Shown in pieces: positions 19,380 to 29,721 of a DNA stretch of 64,000 nt (position 1 is its first letter; every line of letters begins with the position of its first letter). The position numbers and the translations under genes are program-made. This DNA is from a bacterium. GTDB lineage: Bacteria > UBP4 > UBA4092 > JAOAEQ01. The notes below the pieces were generated by a model. That model ran no database searches, was not told the origin of the DNA, and worked only from the letters and a program-made list of their open reading frames with translations. The stretch spans positions 12,580-76,579 of the forward strand of contig JAOAEQ010000011.1 of the NCBI GenBank assembly GCA_026416715.1, in the 5' to 3' direction.

Positions 19380-20957
19380 GTGCTTATGATAATTGCTAAT
19401 CGACAAACTTCATTGCGATATTTATTTTTCATACTTTTTTTTATAATTCTTACTCAACTATTATTTGCACAAGAGCCTCCTATAACCTATACAATCCAAA
19501 CTATCGGGTTTATAGGAAATCAGGAAATTCCATCAAGCGAATTAGTGCAAGTGGTTCCGATACGTGCTGGGCAAGAATATAGTCGTGATTCGGTCATTGA
19601 AGGAAAATATAATATACTATCATTTTATGGAGAACATGGTTATATTTATGCCAAAGTGAAAGAATTACTCTATGTGAATGAAACCACCGGTGATATCGCG
19701 TTAACCTATGAAATTTCTGAAGGGAAAAAAGCCTATTTCGGGAAAATTAGTCTGGTCGGCAATACCAAAACACATGACCGTGTCATCTGGCGAAAACTCA
19801 CCATTCGTCCGGGAGAAGTATACAATCGGAAAGAGGTGTTTACGTCACAACGGAAATTAATGTTATTAGGATATTTCGATGAAGTTAAAATTGAACCAGC
19901 GAATCCGACTGTGGAAGAAGAAATTGTCGATTTGATTATTTCGGTGAAAGAGCGGCAGACCGGATTGATCAGTTTGGGAACCGGATATAGCACGGAAGAA
20001 GGGGTTCGTGGCTATGCGCGATATCGGCAGACGAATTTGTTTGGAAAAGGGCAGCGGTTTGGAGCGAGTGTCTATTTATCCGAACAAGGTGATTTAGTCG
20101 AACGTGGCCGAGAGGTCAATCTCGATTTTTATGAACCGTATTTGTTTAATACCATGAACGGATTCGGTTCGAACATTTATTTCCGACGAGAAAATCTAGA
20201 AAATTATAGTCTTCGACGTCGTGGCGGAAAGATGTATGTAGAACGGAGTTCAGCCGATGGTCGAATAAAATATTCGGCTCAATATCGATTGGAAGAAAAT
20301 CAGATGTGTTATATCAAAAACACTGTTGACCCAGAAATCATTGCGCTGGAAGGAACGAAAACTGACCTCGGAGTTTTCAGTGTTAACCTTACAAAAGATA
20401 CCCGGGATAATTTAGCGAATCCACACCGGGGACAACTTCAATCGTTAACCGCAGAATTAGCGTATCGCTGGCTAGGGTCAGAAGCAGACTATTATAAAGT
20501 GTATGCAGATTTACGGACCTATTTCCAATTATTCAAATCGGAATGGATATTAGGGTTCCGAACCGCTGGCGGGTTTGCTGAACCGTTTGGTCACTCCGAC
20601 TCTATCCCAATCTACGAACGATTTTATGCGGGTGGCGGCGAATCGGTTCGTGGGATTAAAGACCGGTATCTCGGTCCAAAAGATTTAGATGGTTATCCCG
20701 TTGGTGGCGATGCGATATTATTATTGAACGTAGAATTGCGCTTCCCGATCTATAAACAATTCGGCGGGGTCGTTTTCTATGACTACGGCAATGTTTGGGA
20801 GAAACTCTCTGATGTTAATCTAAATGATATGCAATCGTCGGTTGGTATTGGGTTCAGGTATCAGACGCCAATCGGTCCATTCCGCATTGATTATGGTATT
20901 AAAATTCCGAAAGAAGATAATGGCCGATTCCATATTAGTGTGGGTCAGACGTTCTAA
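19380..20957 (+). CDS. Omp85 family outer membrane protein (BamA/TamA-like), short POTRA region
   Basis: POTRA-like GNTKTHDRVI, RFYAGGGESVRG, TPIGPFRIDYG, terminal Phe. Confidence 0.9.
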   Translation: MLMIIANRQTSLRYLFFILFFIILTQLLFAQEPPITYTIQTIGFIGNQEIPSSELVQVVPIRAGQEYSRDSVIEGKYNILSFYGEHGYIYAKVKELLYVNETTGDIALTYEISEGKKAYFGKISLVGNTKTHDRVIWRKLTIRPGEVYNRKEVFTSQRKLMLLGYFDEVKIEPANPTVEEEIVDLIISVKERQTGLISLGTGYSTEEGVRGYARYRQTNLFGKGQRFGASVYLSEQGDLVERGREVNLDFYEPYLFNTMNGFGSNIYFRRENLENYSLRRRGGKMYVERSSADGRIKYSAQYRLEENQMCYIKNTVDPEIIALEGTKTDLGVFSVNLTKDTRDNLANPHRGQLQSLTAELAYRWLGSEADYYKVYADLRTYFQLFKSEWILGFRTAGGFAEPFGHSDSIPIYERFYAGGGESVRGIKDRYLGPKDLDGYPVGGDAILLLNVELRFPIYKQFGGVVFYDYGNVWEKLSDVNLNDMQSSVGIGFRYQTPIGPFRIDYGIKIPKEDNGRFHISVGQTF

Positions 20958-21042
20958 GATAGAGCAGAATAAGAATCGAGAAATAGTGAAATAATTGTTT
21001 CTAAATATTCTGGTATAAGTTTTGCATAATTAGGTAGTAGTT

Positions 21043-21840
21043 ATGCAATTCTATATGAAACTTTTTACTATAATCCAAGTACTGTTGTTGCTGGTTAGTC
21101 TTAACATTGCTGGATATGCCCAAGTCCATCCACTACCACCACCTACCCAACCAGCTCCTGTTCCACCTCGATATATACCGAAGCCATCTCCCATCGTTCC
21201 TGCGGATAAACCGATGCCGATAGATTTAGCCCAATTGCAGAAAGTGTATCAAGACTTGCGCACGGAACGCGACCGGCTTGAAAAAGAAATTGATATTGCG
21301 GTTGGGAACATTCGGCAGTTGAAAAATGACTTGCGAAATACCGATAACCCGGTCAGTAAATTTTTTTATCGACGGCAGTTAGAAACCCAATTTGCTGCGT
21401 TTCGTGAGAAAGTTGAACAGCTAGAACTAGTTGAAGAACGGCTTACCGGGATAATTCGCGAATTCGGCAAACGGATTAGTCTAGAACCTACCGGAATTCA
21501 GCCGACACCACCACTTCGCCCAATACCATTCCAGAATCAACCCTCTCCATTACGACCGGATTTTTCATCAGAACGAACCTTTGATCCGGAACCAGTCGTT
21601 ATTCCGCCGGATTTCGACCACTGGCCTAGAATAGAAAAAACGAAATATCTCCAGCAGCAAATCCAACGGATTACTGCGGAGAAAAAACAACTTGAAACCG
21701 CTATTCACCAGTATCAAACTGATTTAGCTAAGCTGAGAAAGTTGCTTGACCAAGAAGCTAATCCGAAATCCGAAACGCTCAATGCCAACGAGTTCTTGGA
21801 GCGCGATGCTGCACCTAGCAGTCGAAACCCTCATCCATAA
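21043..21840 (+). CDS. Secreted coiled-coil/Pro-rich hypothetical protein
   Basis: Signal peptide; heptad-like helices separated by Pro-rich segments. Confidence 0.65.
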   Translation: MQFYMKLFTIIQVLLLLVSLNIAGYAQVHPLPPPTQPAPVPPRYIPKPSPIVPADKPMPIDLAQLQKVYQDLRTERDRLEKEIDIAVGNIRQLKNDLRNTDNPVSKFFYRRQLETQFAAFREKVEQLELVEERLTGIIREFGKRISLEPTGIQPTPPLRPIPFQNQPSPLRPDFSSERTFDPEPVVIPPDFDHWPRIEKTKYLQQQIQRITAEKKQLETAIHQYQTDLAKLRKLLDQEANPKSETLNANEFLERDAAPSSRNPHP

Positions 21841-21934
21841 ACAGTAGCGGAGGGCGACCCTGCTCGAGTGAGTACAGGTTTTGTACAATTTGGTGCGATT
21901 ATAATCAGGATTGAGATGAAAAGGAGGAAAATTA

Positions 21935-22819
21935 ATGATGGGAAACTATCATAGATTCATACAAACCATACCCCTAGAAAGATGGGTAGCTCTTTTTATC
22001 ATTGTTATCGGACTTACGATACCAAGTTATGCTAAAAAAGAACTCGAATCTGAACACATTATTGCGTTACGGGAAGAGATTCAAATTTTGAATTTGCTAA
22101 CTAATTTATATTTAACCCCAACCCAAATGCACCAATTGATTCCCAAAATCAAACAAGCGGAACAGGAGCGTAACCGATTGCAGAGCTATTTAAAATCAAA
22201 TGAAGCACAAACGATTGCTGCCCTTAACCAATTGCGCGCAGAACTCATTGCTGGTAAGGATATTTCGCCGGATACCGAACGGAAAATCAATTCAATCCAG
22301 GGACAAGCAAAAAAAGAACTCTATACAATGAAACAGCGTATTGATGCGATTGCTGATGAGGTCAGGAATATCTTGAATCCGAATCAGCGAGTAGTATTAG
22401 TTGAATATGTCCCCTGTTTAATCCCAGCAAAAGATATTCGGCATCCTGCATTGGTTGGACAAGCGGAAAATGATGAGCGATTAGAACAAATGTTACTCCG
22501 CATCCGAAAGATGCCGCAGCCAGTTTATGAAAAAAATCGGGAGAACATCGTTGACCGTTTTCTCGAGCATAAAAAACTCTATCTGAAACCAGAAGAACTC
22601 GAGCAAGAAAAACGGCAGCTTTTACAGGTGCTCGATGAAGCGTATCGGTTGAATGAAACAGATTTTACGGTTAAAAAAAGCGTTTTGCTAGCCAGAATGA
22701 AGCCGATTAGAAAACATCCGACCAGTATCGAGTTTGAACGCGACCGAGTTAAATTATTTCTCCTTGACCCGAAACTTATCCCTATCCTCGAGAGCCGACT
22801 GGCAAGCATTGCTAAATAA
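21935..22819 (+). CDS. Secreted alpha-helical hypothetical protein (Spy/CpxP-like LTxxQ motifs)
   Basis: AGGAGG RBS, signal peptide, LYLTPTQ and ILNPNQ motifs. Confidence 0.65.
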   Translation: MMGNYHRFIQTIPLERWVALFIIVIGLTIPSYAKKELESEHIIALREEIQILNLLTNLYLTPTQMHQLIPKIKQAEQERNRLQSYLKSNEAQTIAALNQLRAELIAGKDISPDTERKINSIQGQAKKELYTMKQRIDAIADEVRNILNPNQRVVLVEYVPCLIPAKDIRHPALVGQAENDERLEQMLLRIRKMPQPVYEKNRENIVDRFLEHKKLYLKPEELEQEKRQLLQVLDEAYRLNETDFTVKKSVLLARMKPIRKHPTSIEFERDRVKLFLLDPKLIPILESRLASIAK

Positions 22820-22830
22820 TCTGATTACCG

Positions 22831-22860
22831 AGGGCGACTTCTATGTCGCCCTGGTTTTTT
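22831..22860 (+). terminator. Intrinsic terminator
   Basis: AGGGCGAC/GTCGCCCT stem plus T6, just after the stop codon. Confidence 0.78.
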
Positions 22861-22937
22861 ATGTTTTTCATCTTACTATTTCCACCGCACTATCTCAATA
22901 TTTCATTCAAATTATTCGTTGATTGGTAATACTATGG

Positions 22938-22988
22938 GTCTGGGGTGACTACGAACGAGATATTATCTCGTTCGTAGTCACCCCAGAC
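22938..22988. repeat. Perfect 25-bp inverted repeat with a 1-nt centre
   Basis: GTCTGGGGTGACTACGAACGAGATA-T-TATCTCGTTCGTAGTCACCCCAGAC. Confidence 0.95.
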
Positions 22989-23001
22989 TATCTCGTTGCG
23001 G

Positions 23002-23676
23002 TTATCTTGGATATAAGCATAGCGTATTGAGTGGACAAGATGAACAGCGGGGTCGTTTGGTGCATAGGTTTTTCCCAAGAGCAACAAGAAGCGCATGGTA
23101 TTCATTGAATAGTTTAGGATTAGGCGGTAGATGAGACATAAAAAGCGTTTGCAATTCGCTATAGGTTACCTTAGGGTTGACGAGACCGAGTCGGGTGAAA
23201 ATCCGTTTGGTATAGGCGTCAATAACGAAAATGGGCTTATTCCCCGCATACAGGAGAATCGAATCAGCAGTTTCTTCTCCGATTCCATAGACCGATAATA
23301 ATTGAGTTCGTAGTTCTAATAACGGTACCGCAAACATTTTGTTCAGGTTTCCGTGATATCGCTGATGGAAAAAAGTAACGAATGCTTTGAGTTTTTTCGC
23401 TTTGGTATTGAAGTAGCCAGAAGAACGAATCAGTTGTGCGAGTTTTTTTTCATCGATAGTTACTAAACTCTGGCAATCAAGTAACCGTTCGTGTTTAAGA
23501 TTAGCGATAGCTTTTTCAACGTTTTTCCAAGAGGTTGATTGGGTTAGAATCGCTCCGATAATAATTTCGAATCTAGTTTCTGCAGGCCACCAATGCTGGT
23601 CGCCAAAATGGTTATGCAATCGGTGAAAAATATTGAGTAGTAGGTTAGTCGTTCTAGATTTCTGTGGATACGTCAT
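23002..23676 (-). CDS. Endonuclease III-related HhH-GPD glycosylase with 4Fe-4S cluster
   Basis: GAILTQ, GIGEETADSILLY, C-terminal C-x6-C-x2-C-x5-C. Confidence 0.9.
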   Translation of the reverse strand: MTYPQKSRTTNLLLNIFHRLHNHFGDQHWWPAETRFEIIIGAILTQSTSWKNVEKAIANLKHERLLDCQSLVTIDEKKLAQLIRSSGYFNTKAKKLKAFVTFFHQRYHGNLNKMFAVPLLELRTQLLSVYGIGEETADSILLYAGNKPIFVIDAYTKRIFTRLGLVNPKVTYSELQTLFMSHLPPNPKLFNEYHALLVALGKNLCTKRPRCSSCPLNTLCLYPR

Positions 23677-23969
23677 TGTAAAAGTATATTTCTTGCAACG
23701 ACCGCTTGATGAAATGCCCAGCGTCGATTTTCTACTATCGTAAGAATGACGTCAAGCCTGACGGTACATCCTACCATAAAATTGAAAACCTGAAAAACTT
23801 CGATAACCAGATTCTATCCGTTCGTCCACTCGATGGTTCCATTTCATCACGGCATCTTGGCGGATACTCGAGTTGAAAATATGGAATATAGGAACAAAAA
23901 TTATTTGACAGCATTAACCAAAGAATACTACAATTATCGTACCTATTTTCTTTAGATTCGTTTTACGTT

Positions 23970-25010
23970 ATGAGCGAAAAAAACCATACTACGCATAACC
24001 ATGAATTGAATTTTACCCGGTTACATAAGCTCATTGAACAGATTCATACATATCCTGATACCGAAAAGTTAATTGAGCAGATTCCGTTGATTTTCTGTCA
24101 ATATGCCGGGGTGAACCGTTGTGTGTATTATGCGGTTCAGGAGAGGAAATTGCGATTATTATCTGCTTATTGTACCCATAATACGCATTGGCGAAAAGAG
24201 ATTGCGCAACATCAATTAGAACAGGTTAATATCGATGGACACTCTCCGGAAGCGCAAGTGGTGCGAACTGGCAAATCCGTGGTGACAAACCATACCAGAA
24301 AAGAATTAACCTCATCTATGGAACAATGGATATTTCGTGATGTAACTGCATATATTTCTTTACCGATACTGTCTCGCAATAAGGTGGTTGGGTTAATTCT
24401 CTGTCTTTATACCGATCCTGAAAAGATGATTGAAACTCACGAACAGGAATACCTCAATCTCGCTGCGCTCACGGTAGGCTGCGCGTTAAACACTACCCAA
24501 GTTATTCAGCGAATGAATCAGAAGGAAAACGAACTTGCTGCATTACATAAATTCAGCCAACTACTCTCCAGTGGGAAAGGATTTTCGGAAATATTGCCAG
24601 TAATAGCGCGCGAGACGGCAAAATCGTTGCAAACGAAAATCTGCATCATCCGTTATCTTGAAGGGGATGAGATGGTTCTCGGCGCAGTAGTTGGAATGGA
24701 ACCAGCCGAACTATCCGAACGATTTCCAGCGCATGTTGGTCTTTCAGGATGGATGGTGAAAGAAAAGAAAATTCTTGTCGTTAAAGATTTAACTACTGAC
24801 CCGCGAGTTGAAAACCGAGTATTGATTTTTTCGCGAAAACAAGGATTACGGTCGTTCATAGGTGCACCATTATACTTTCGAAATAAATTGGTTGGTTTAA
24901 TAGCAATTTATACCACCACCCCAAGATATTTTACGAATGAAGAAAAAGAATTATTAAGTCATTTTGCTACCGAAGCTGCGATAGCAATAGAATTAACTAA
25001 GGAGAAGTAA
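23970..25010 (+). CDS. Tandem GAF-domain protein without output domain
   Basis: Two GAF-like repeats (GLSGWMV...SFIGAPL...VGLIAIY...FTNEE). Confidence 0.8.
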   Translation: MSEKNHTTHNHELNFTRLHKLIEQIHTYPDTEKLIEQIPLIFCQYAGVNRCVYYAVQERKLRLLSAYCTHNTHWRKEIAQHQLEQVNIDGHSPEAQVVRTGKSVVTNHTRKELTSSMEQWIFRDVTAYISLPILSRNKVVGLILCLYTDPEKMIETHEQEYLNLAALTVGCALNTTQVIQRMNQKENELAALHKFSQLLSSGKGFSEILPVIARETAKSLQTKICIIRYLEGDEMVLGAVVGMEPAELSERFPAHVGLSGWMVKEKKILVVKDLTTDPRVENRVLIFSRKQGLRSFIGAPLYFRNKLVGLIAIYTTTPRYFTNEEKELLSHFATEAAIAIELTKEK

Positions 25011-25122
25011 TGAATAGGGAAACTTAGGACGAAACCGCATCAGTTAAGTAGATAATGCGTCGATAATAAGGTTAGATTAATTAGGTGTTTGCGTTCTTAA
25101 GTTTTTTGGTTTTTTAGTAATT

Positions 25123-26418
25123 ATGGCAACTATATTACCATTTCGAGGATATCAATATAACCGAAACAAGGTTGGGAATATCCAGGAGTTAGTAACTCCG
25201 TTGTATGATTTAATCTCAACTGCAGAACAAGAACAGCTTTATCAGGTTAGTGAATATAATATGATACGGTTAAATCTTGGTAAACAATTTCAGAGTGATA
25301 CAGCTGAAAATAATCGATACACCCGTTCTGCAGCGACATTACAAGCATGGATTAACGAACAGATACTCATTCCCAGTCCGGAGCCATCTTTGTATATTTA
25401 TACCATCCAACTTGCCGGGAATCCGGTACCGTTAATCGGGTTTATGGGATTAGTTGAATTAGCTGAATTTGACCAGAAGGAAGTCCTTCCGCATGAGAAC
25501 ACGCTCCGGGCACCAGTCGAAGATAGGGTAAATTTAACTCGAGCTTGTCATAGTTATTTCGACCCGATTTTTGGCTTGTTTCAAGGGAATCATGGGCATG
25601 TTCGCTCGATCCTTGAACGATGGATGAACGACCATACACCAGAAATATCTATCTGGGACGCCAATGCGGCAATGCATAAACTATGGACGTTAGATGACCA
25701 ACACGTAATCCAGCAGATCGTTGAATCATTAAAACCAAATCCGATTTTGATTGCCGATGGACATCATCGATATACCGCAGCGTTACAATATCGCCGAGAA
25801 CGAAAACAAGCTAATCCGAACCATACTGGCAAAGAGCCGTATAACTATACCTTAATGCTACTAGCGGATTTAGAAGACCCGGGGATACTGATTCTTCCGA
25901 CACATCGGTTGATCAAAAATCTCGCAGAAGAGAAATTAGCGCGAATTCCGGCGATATTTTCTGAAGATTTTAGTATTAACGAAATCCCATGTCTAACGGG
26001 TAACCGCAGAGAAATGCTTGAGCATGTAATCTCCAAAATGAAGGAAGCCCGAAATCAGAATCAGGTAGTATTTGGACTCTATACGGGAGGAGATAAATGC
26101 TACTGGTTAACTTATAAAGGACAAACTCCTGAAGGCGAAATCGACGTGCATATCTTTAATGCAAAAATATTAAATCAAGCGTTAGGAATATCGCAAAACG
26201 ATGTTTTTTCTGGTGATTATCTTCGGTATACGAAAGATATTGCTTATGCATTACAATCCGTAGATTCAGGGAAAGTCCAACTCGCATTTTTCCTCAACCC
26301 TGTAACTATCGAACAGGTCAAACAGATTGTACTACGCGGAGATAAAATGCCACAAAAATCTACTTATTTTATCCCTAAACCTATGACTGGTTTGGTGATA
26401 TATTGTTTTGGTGAATAG
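25123..26418 (+). CDS. DUF1015 family protein
   Basis: PFRG, PHENT, IADGHHRY and MPQKSTYF motifs. Confidence 0.9.
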   Translation: MATILPFRGYQYNRNKVGNIQELVTPLYDLISTAEQEQLYQVSEYNMIRLNLGKQFQSDTAENNRYTRSAATLQAWINEQILIPSPEPSLYIYTIQLAGNPVPLIGFMGLVELAEFDQKEVLPHENTLRAPVEDRVNLTRACHSYFDPIFGLFQGNHGHVRSILERWMNDHTPEISIWDANAAMHKLWTLDDQHVIQQIVESLKPNPILIADGHHRYTAALQYRRERKQANPNHTGKEPYNYTLMLLADLEDPGILILPTHRLIKNLAEEKLARIPAIFSEDFSINEIPCLTGNRREMLEHVISKMKEARNQNQVVFGLYTGGDKCYWLTYKGQTPEGEIDVHIFNAKILNQALGISQNDVFSGDYLRYTKDIAYALQSVDSGKVQLAFFLNPVTIEQVKQIVLRGDKMPQKSTYFIPKPMTGLVIYCFGE

Positions 26419-26541
26419 CTATGGTAATATCGGGATGCTGATAGAGTAGGATAACGTTTGATATTCTCGAGATTATAGGTATTATTGCATCTCCAAGAAA
26501 AAGTGAAAAGAATTACAAAAAAATATTGATGACAAATAAGA

Positions 26542-26576
26542 ACCCCCGTAGCTCGAATATATTGACCTACGGGGGT
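26542..26576. terminator. Probable bidirectional terminator between convergent genes
   Basis: ACCCCCGTAG/CTACGGGGGT stem with A-rich and T-rich flanks. Confidence 0.7.
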
Positions 26577-26665
26577 ATTTTATTTTCTTCTCCAGTTCAA
26601 TCTCTTCTCTAGCGTTACTATGGTGAAAGCTATAGAAACCCGCAAATCAGATTGGGCAGAACACT

Positions 26666-29404
26666 CTATTTCTTTTTTTTCTTATCCGCAACCGCAGCAC
26701 GCGCGGCAGCAAGTTTCGCGATCGGAACTCTAAATGGTGAACAGCTAACATAATCCATCCCAACTTTATAACAGAATTCAACGGATGCAGGGTCACCGCC
26801 ATGTTCACCACAGATACCGACTTCTAAATTCGGACGAGTAGCACGACCGCGCTCAATTCCGATCTTTATGAGTTCTCCAATACCTTCTTGGTCAATCGTC
26901 TGGAACGGGTCATCAGGGAGAATTTTCTTTTCGATATAGTGATGCATAAACGCGCCGGTATCATCGCGCGAAAACCCGAATCCCATCTGGGTTAAATCGT
27001 TGGTTCCGAACGAGAAGAACTCTGAACATTGGGCGAGTTTATTTGCCGTTAATGCGGCGCGAGGAATTTCAATCATCGTTCCAACCATATGTTTGATTTT
27101 CTTGAGACCAAATTTTTTCAATACGTCAGCATAAATTTGTTTAACCAGAGCAAATTGATGTTCGAGTTCTGTTACCGTACAAACTACCGGAATCATAATT
27201 TCCGGAAACGCATCTTTTCCTTCTTTGATCAATTCCGCCGCAGCTTCAAAAATCGCCCGAATCTGCATTTCCGCTATTTCCGGATAAGTTATTCCGAGTC
27301 GAACTCCACGATGCCCCATCATCGGATTGGTTTCATGTAATTTCGCCGCACGGGTTTCAAATTCATCGAGGTCAATTCCAAGACTGTCCGCAAGTTTTTT
27401 CCGCTCATCTTCGCGTTTCGGAACAAATTCATGTAACGGCGGGTCGAGCAATCGAATGGTAACCGGTAGTTTTCCCATCACTTCTAGAGTCGCTTTGATA
27501 TCTTTCTTAACAAAGGGATAAAGTTCCGCTAATGCCGCTTTCCGTTCTTCAACAGTTTTTGAAATTATCATTTTCCGTAATAAAAATAATGGTTCTTCTG
27601 ACCCTTTGCCATAAAACATATGTTCAGTTCGGAATAAGCCGATACCTTCCGCACCGAACGATAACGCTTTTTTCGCGTCATCCGGTGTGTCTGCATTAGT
27701 GCGTACTCCAAGCGTCCGAACTGCATCGCAGAGTTTCATAAATTTCTGGAAATAAACATTTTCTTCTGCAGATTTAATCATCGGCAGTTGACCAAGATAC
27801 ACATATCCTTTAGTCCCGTTTAAGGTAATCCACTCACCTTCTTTAACCGTGACCTCACCGGCGGTAAACAGTTTAGCTTCTAAATCAATATGGATATCAC
27901 CCGCGCCTACAATACAACATTTACCCCAACCTCGGGCGACTAACGCTGCATGACTAGTCATTCCACCTCGAGCAGTGAGAATCGCTTGTGCTGCACGCAT
28001 CCCTTCAACATCTTCAGGATTGGTTTCTTCCCGGACAAGGATAACCTTTTCCCCGCGTTTCGTCCACTCAACCGCATCGTTCGCAGTGAAAACGACTTTC
28101 CCGCTTGCCCCGCCAGGACCCGCTGGTAATCCTTTTGCAATCGGTTTAACCGTTAACTCTGCTTTCGGATCAATAATCGGATGTAAGAGTTCATCTAATT
28201 GCGACGGGGTGACCCGCATGACCGCTTGTTCTTTCGTAATCAATCTTTCATTATACATATCCACCGCCATTTTTACCGCTGCGGGACCATTGCGTTTTCC
28301 AACCCGACACTGTAACATCCAGAGTCGTCCTTCCTGAATGGTGAATTCGATATCCAGCATATCTTGATAATGTTTTTCCAGTCGTCTGCGAATTTGATCA
28401 AGTTCTTTATATAATTTCGGCATCGCAACTTCTAATGAAGGTAAATGCCGCGATTGTTCGGTTTTACCAGCTTCATTAATCGGATTAGGTGTGCGGATAC
28501 CTGCGACAACATCTTCTCCCTGTGCATTTGGTAACCATTCGCCATAAAATACGTTATCGCCAGTCGCTGGGTTTCGGGTAAATGCTACGCCAGTCGCTGA
28601 GGTATCTCCCATATTGCCGAATACCATCGCTTGAACGTTAACTGCGGTACCCCATTCTTCAGGAATTTTCTCGATTTTTCGATATGCTACCGCTCGTTTC
28701 CCCATCCAACTCGCGAATACTGCACCGATTCCACCCCAGAGTTGTTCCATCGGATCCTCCGGAAAAGGTTTCCCAAGCACTTCTTTCACTTTCTTTTTAT
28801 AGATATCAACCAATTCTTTTAAATCATCTGCGGTCAATTCGGTATCATTTTTAACCCCGCGTTTCTCTTTCATTTTATGGAGTTCCGCTTCTAATTGTTG
28901 CCGAACTCCTTTCCCTTCCGCAGGTTCAATCCCAGCTGCTTTTTCCATAACAACATCGGAATACATCTGAATCAACCGCCGTTGCGCATCATAAACGAAC
29001 CGTGGATTATTGGTTTTTTTGATTAATCCTTCCCGAGTTATATCATTTAATCCGATGTTAAGTACAGTTTCCATCATTCCTGGCATTGAACTTCGTGCTC
29101 CCGACCGAACGGAAACTAACAACGGATTTTCCGGGTCACCAAATTTCGCTCCCATAATCTGTTCAACCCGTTTCATTGCGGATTCAACATCTTTTTTTAA
29201 TTCCGGTGGATATTTCCGACCGTGCTTGTAATAATAGGTGCATACTTCAGTAGTGATTGTAAAACCGGCTGGAACAGGAATTTTTAGATTGACCATTTCT
29301 GCTAAGTTTGCTCCTTTACCACCGAGCAGTTCTTTCATAGCGCCGGTTCCTTCCGCTTTACCCGCACCGAAAAAATAAACATATTTCTTTTTCTTCTTAG
29401 CCAT
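26666..29404 (-). CDS. ppdK: Pyruvate, phosphate dikinase
   Basis: LGGKGANL, GEDVVAGIRTP, GGMTSHAA phospho-His, GTNDLTQ. Confidence 0.98.
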   Translation of the reverse strand: MAKKKKKYVYFFGAGKAEGTGAMKELLGGKGANLAEMVNLKIPVPAGFTITTEVCTYYYKHGRKYPPELKKDVESAMKRVEQIMGAKFGDPENPLLVSVRSGARSSMPGMMETVLNIGLNDITREGLIKKTNNPRFVYDAQRRLIQMYSDVVMEKAAGIEPAEGKGVRQQLEAELHKMKEKRGVKNDTELTADDLKELVDIYKKKVKEVLGKPFPEDPMEQLWGGIGAVFASWMGKRAVAYRKIEKIPEEWGTAVNVQAMVFGNMGDTSATGVAFTRNPATGDNVFYGEWLPNAQGEDVVAGIRTPNPINEAGKTEQSRHLPSLEVAMPKLYKELDQIRRRLEKHYQDMLDIEFTIQEGRLWMLQCRVGKRNGPAAVKMAVDMYNERLITKEQAVMRVTPSQLDELLHPIIDPKAELTVKPIAKGLPAGPGGASGKVVFTANDAVEWTKRGEKVILVREETNPEDVEGMRAAQAILTARGGMTSHAALVARGWGKCCIVGAGDIHIDLEAKLFTAGEVTVKEGEWITLNGTKGYVYLGQLPMIKSAEENVYFQKFMKLCDAVRTLGVRTNADTPDDAKKALSFGAEGIGLFRTEHMFYGKGSEEPLFLLRKMIISKTVEERKAALAELYPFVKKDIKATLEVMGKLPVTIRLLDPPLHEFVPKREDERKKLADSLGIDLDEFETRAAKLHETNPMMGHRGVRLGITYPEIAEMQIRAIFEAAAELIKEGKDAFPEIMIPVVCTVTELEHQFALVKQIYADVLKKFGLKKIKHMVGTMIEIPRAALTANKLAQCSEFFSFGTNDLTQMGFGFSRDDTGAFMHHYIEKKILPDDPFQTIDQEGIGELIKIGIERGRATRPNLEVGICGEHGGDPASVEFCYKVGMDYVSCSPFRVPIAKLAAARAAVADKKKKK

Positions 29405-29721
29405 AGAATGTTATGCTCCTTTCGAAAAGATTTTAATGGCAATAGTTAGCTGGTTACATTAAAAAAGCCGAACCACAATGTTGTTCATTTTTGGTTCAGC
29501 TCGCATATTAGTATAATTATAAATAAGATACCTGACAATGGGTTTGCTTGTCAAGGAAATTTGCGGTATATTGACTAACGTTAAATGAAAATGGTGTATC
29601 AACAAAATTTTCTGCTAACGGTTGTTTCAATATACTCAGCATTAAGTGGTATAATATCACTAGGTAATAAATCCGATTTTATAGGTGTATGTTTGTTATA
29701 AGAAAGGGGGGATAATCAACT

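Noticed and set aside
19113..19406. 97-aa ORF in the AT-rich divergent promoter region, and similar short ORFs at 38996-39187 and 48025-48255
   Set aside because: No RBS or recognisable motif; they overlap promoter-like DNA and are probably spurious
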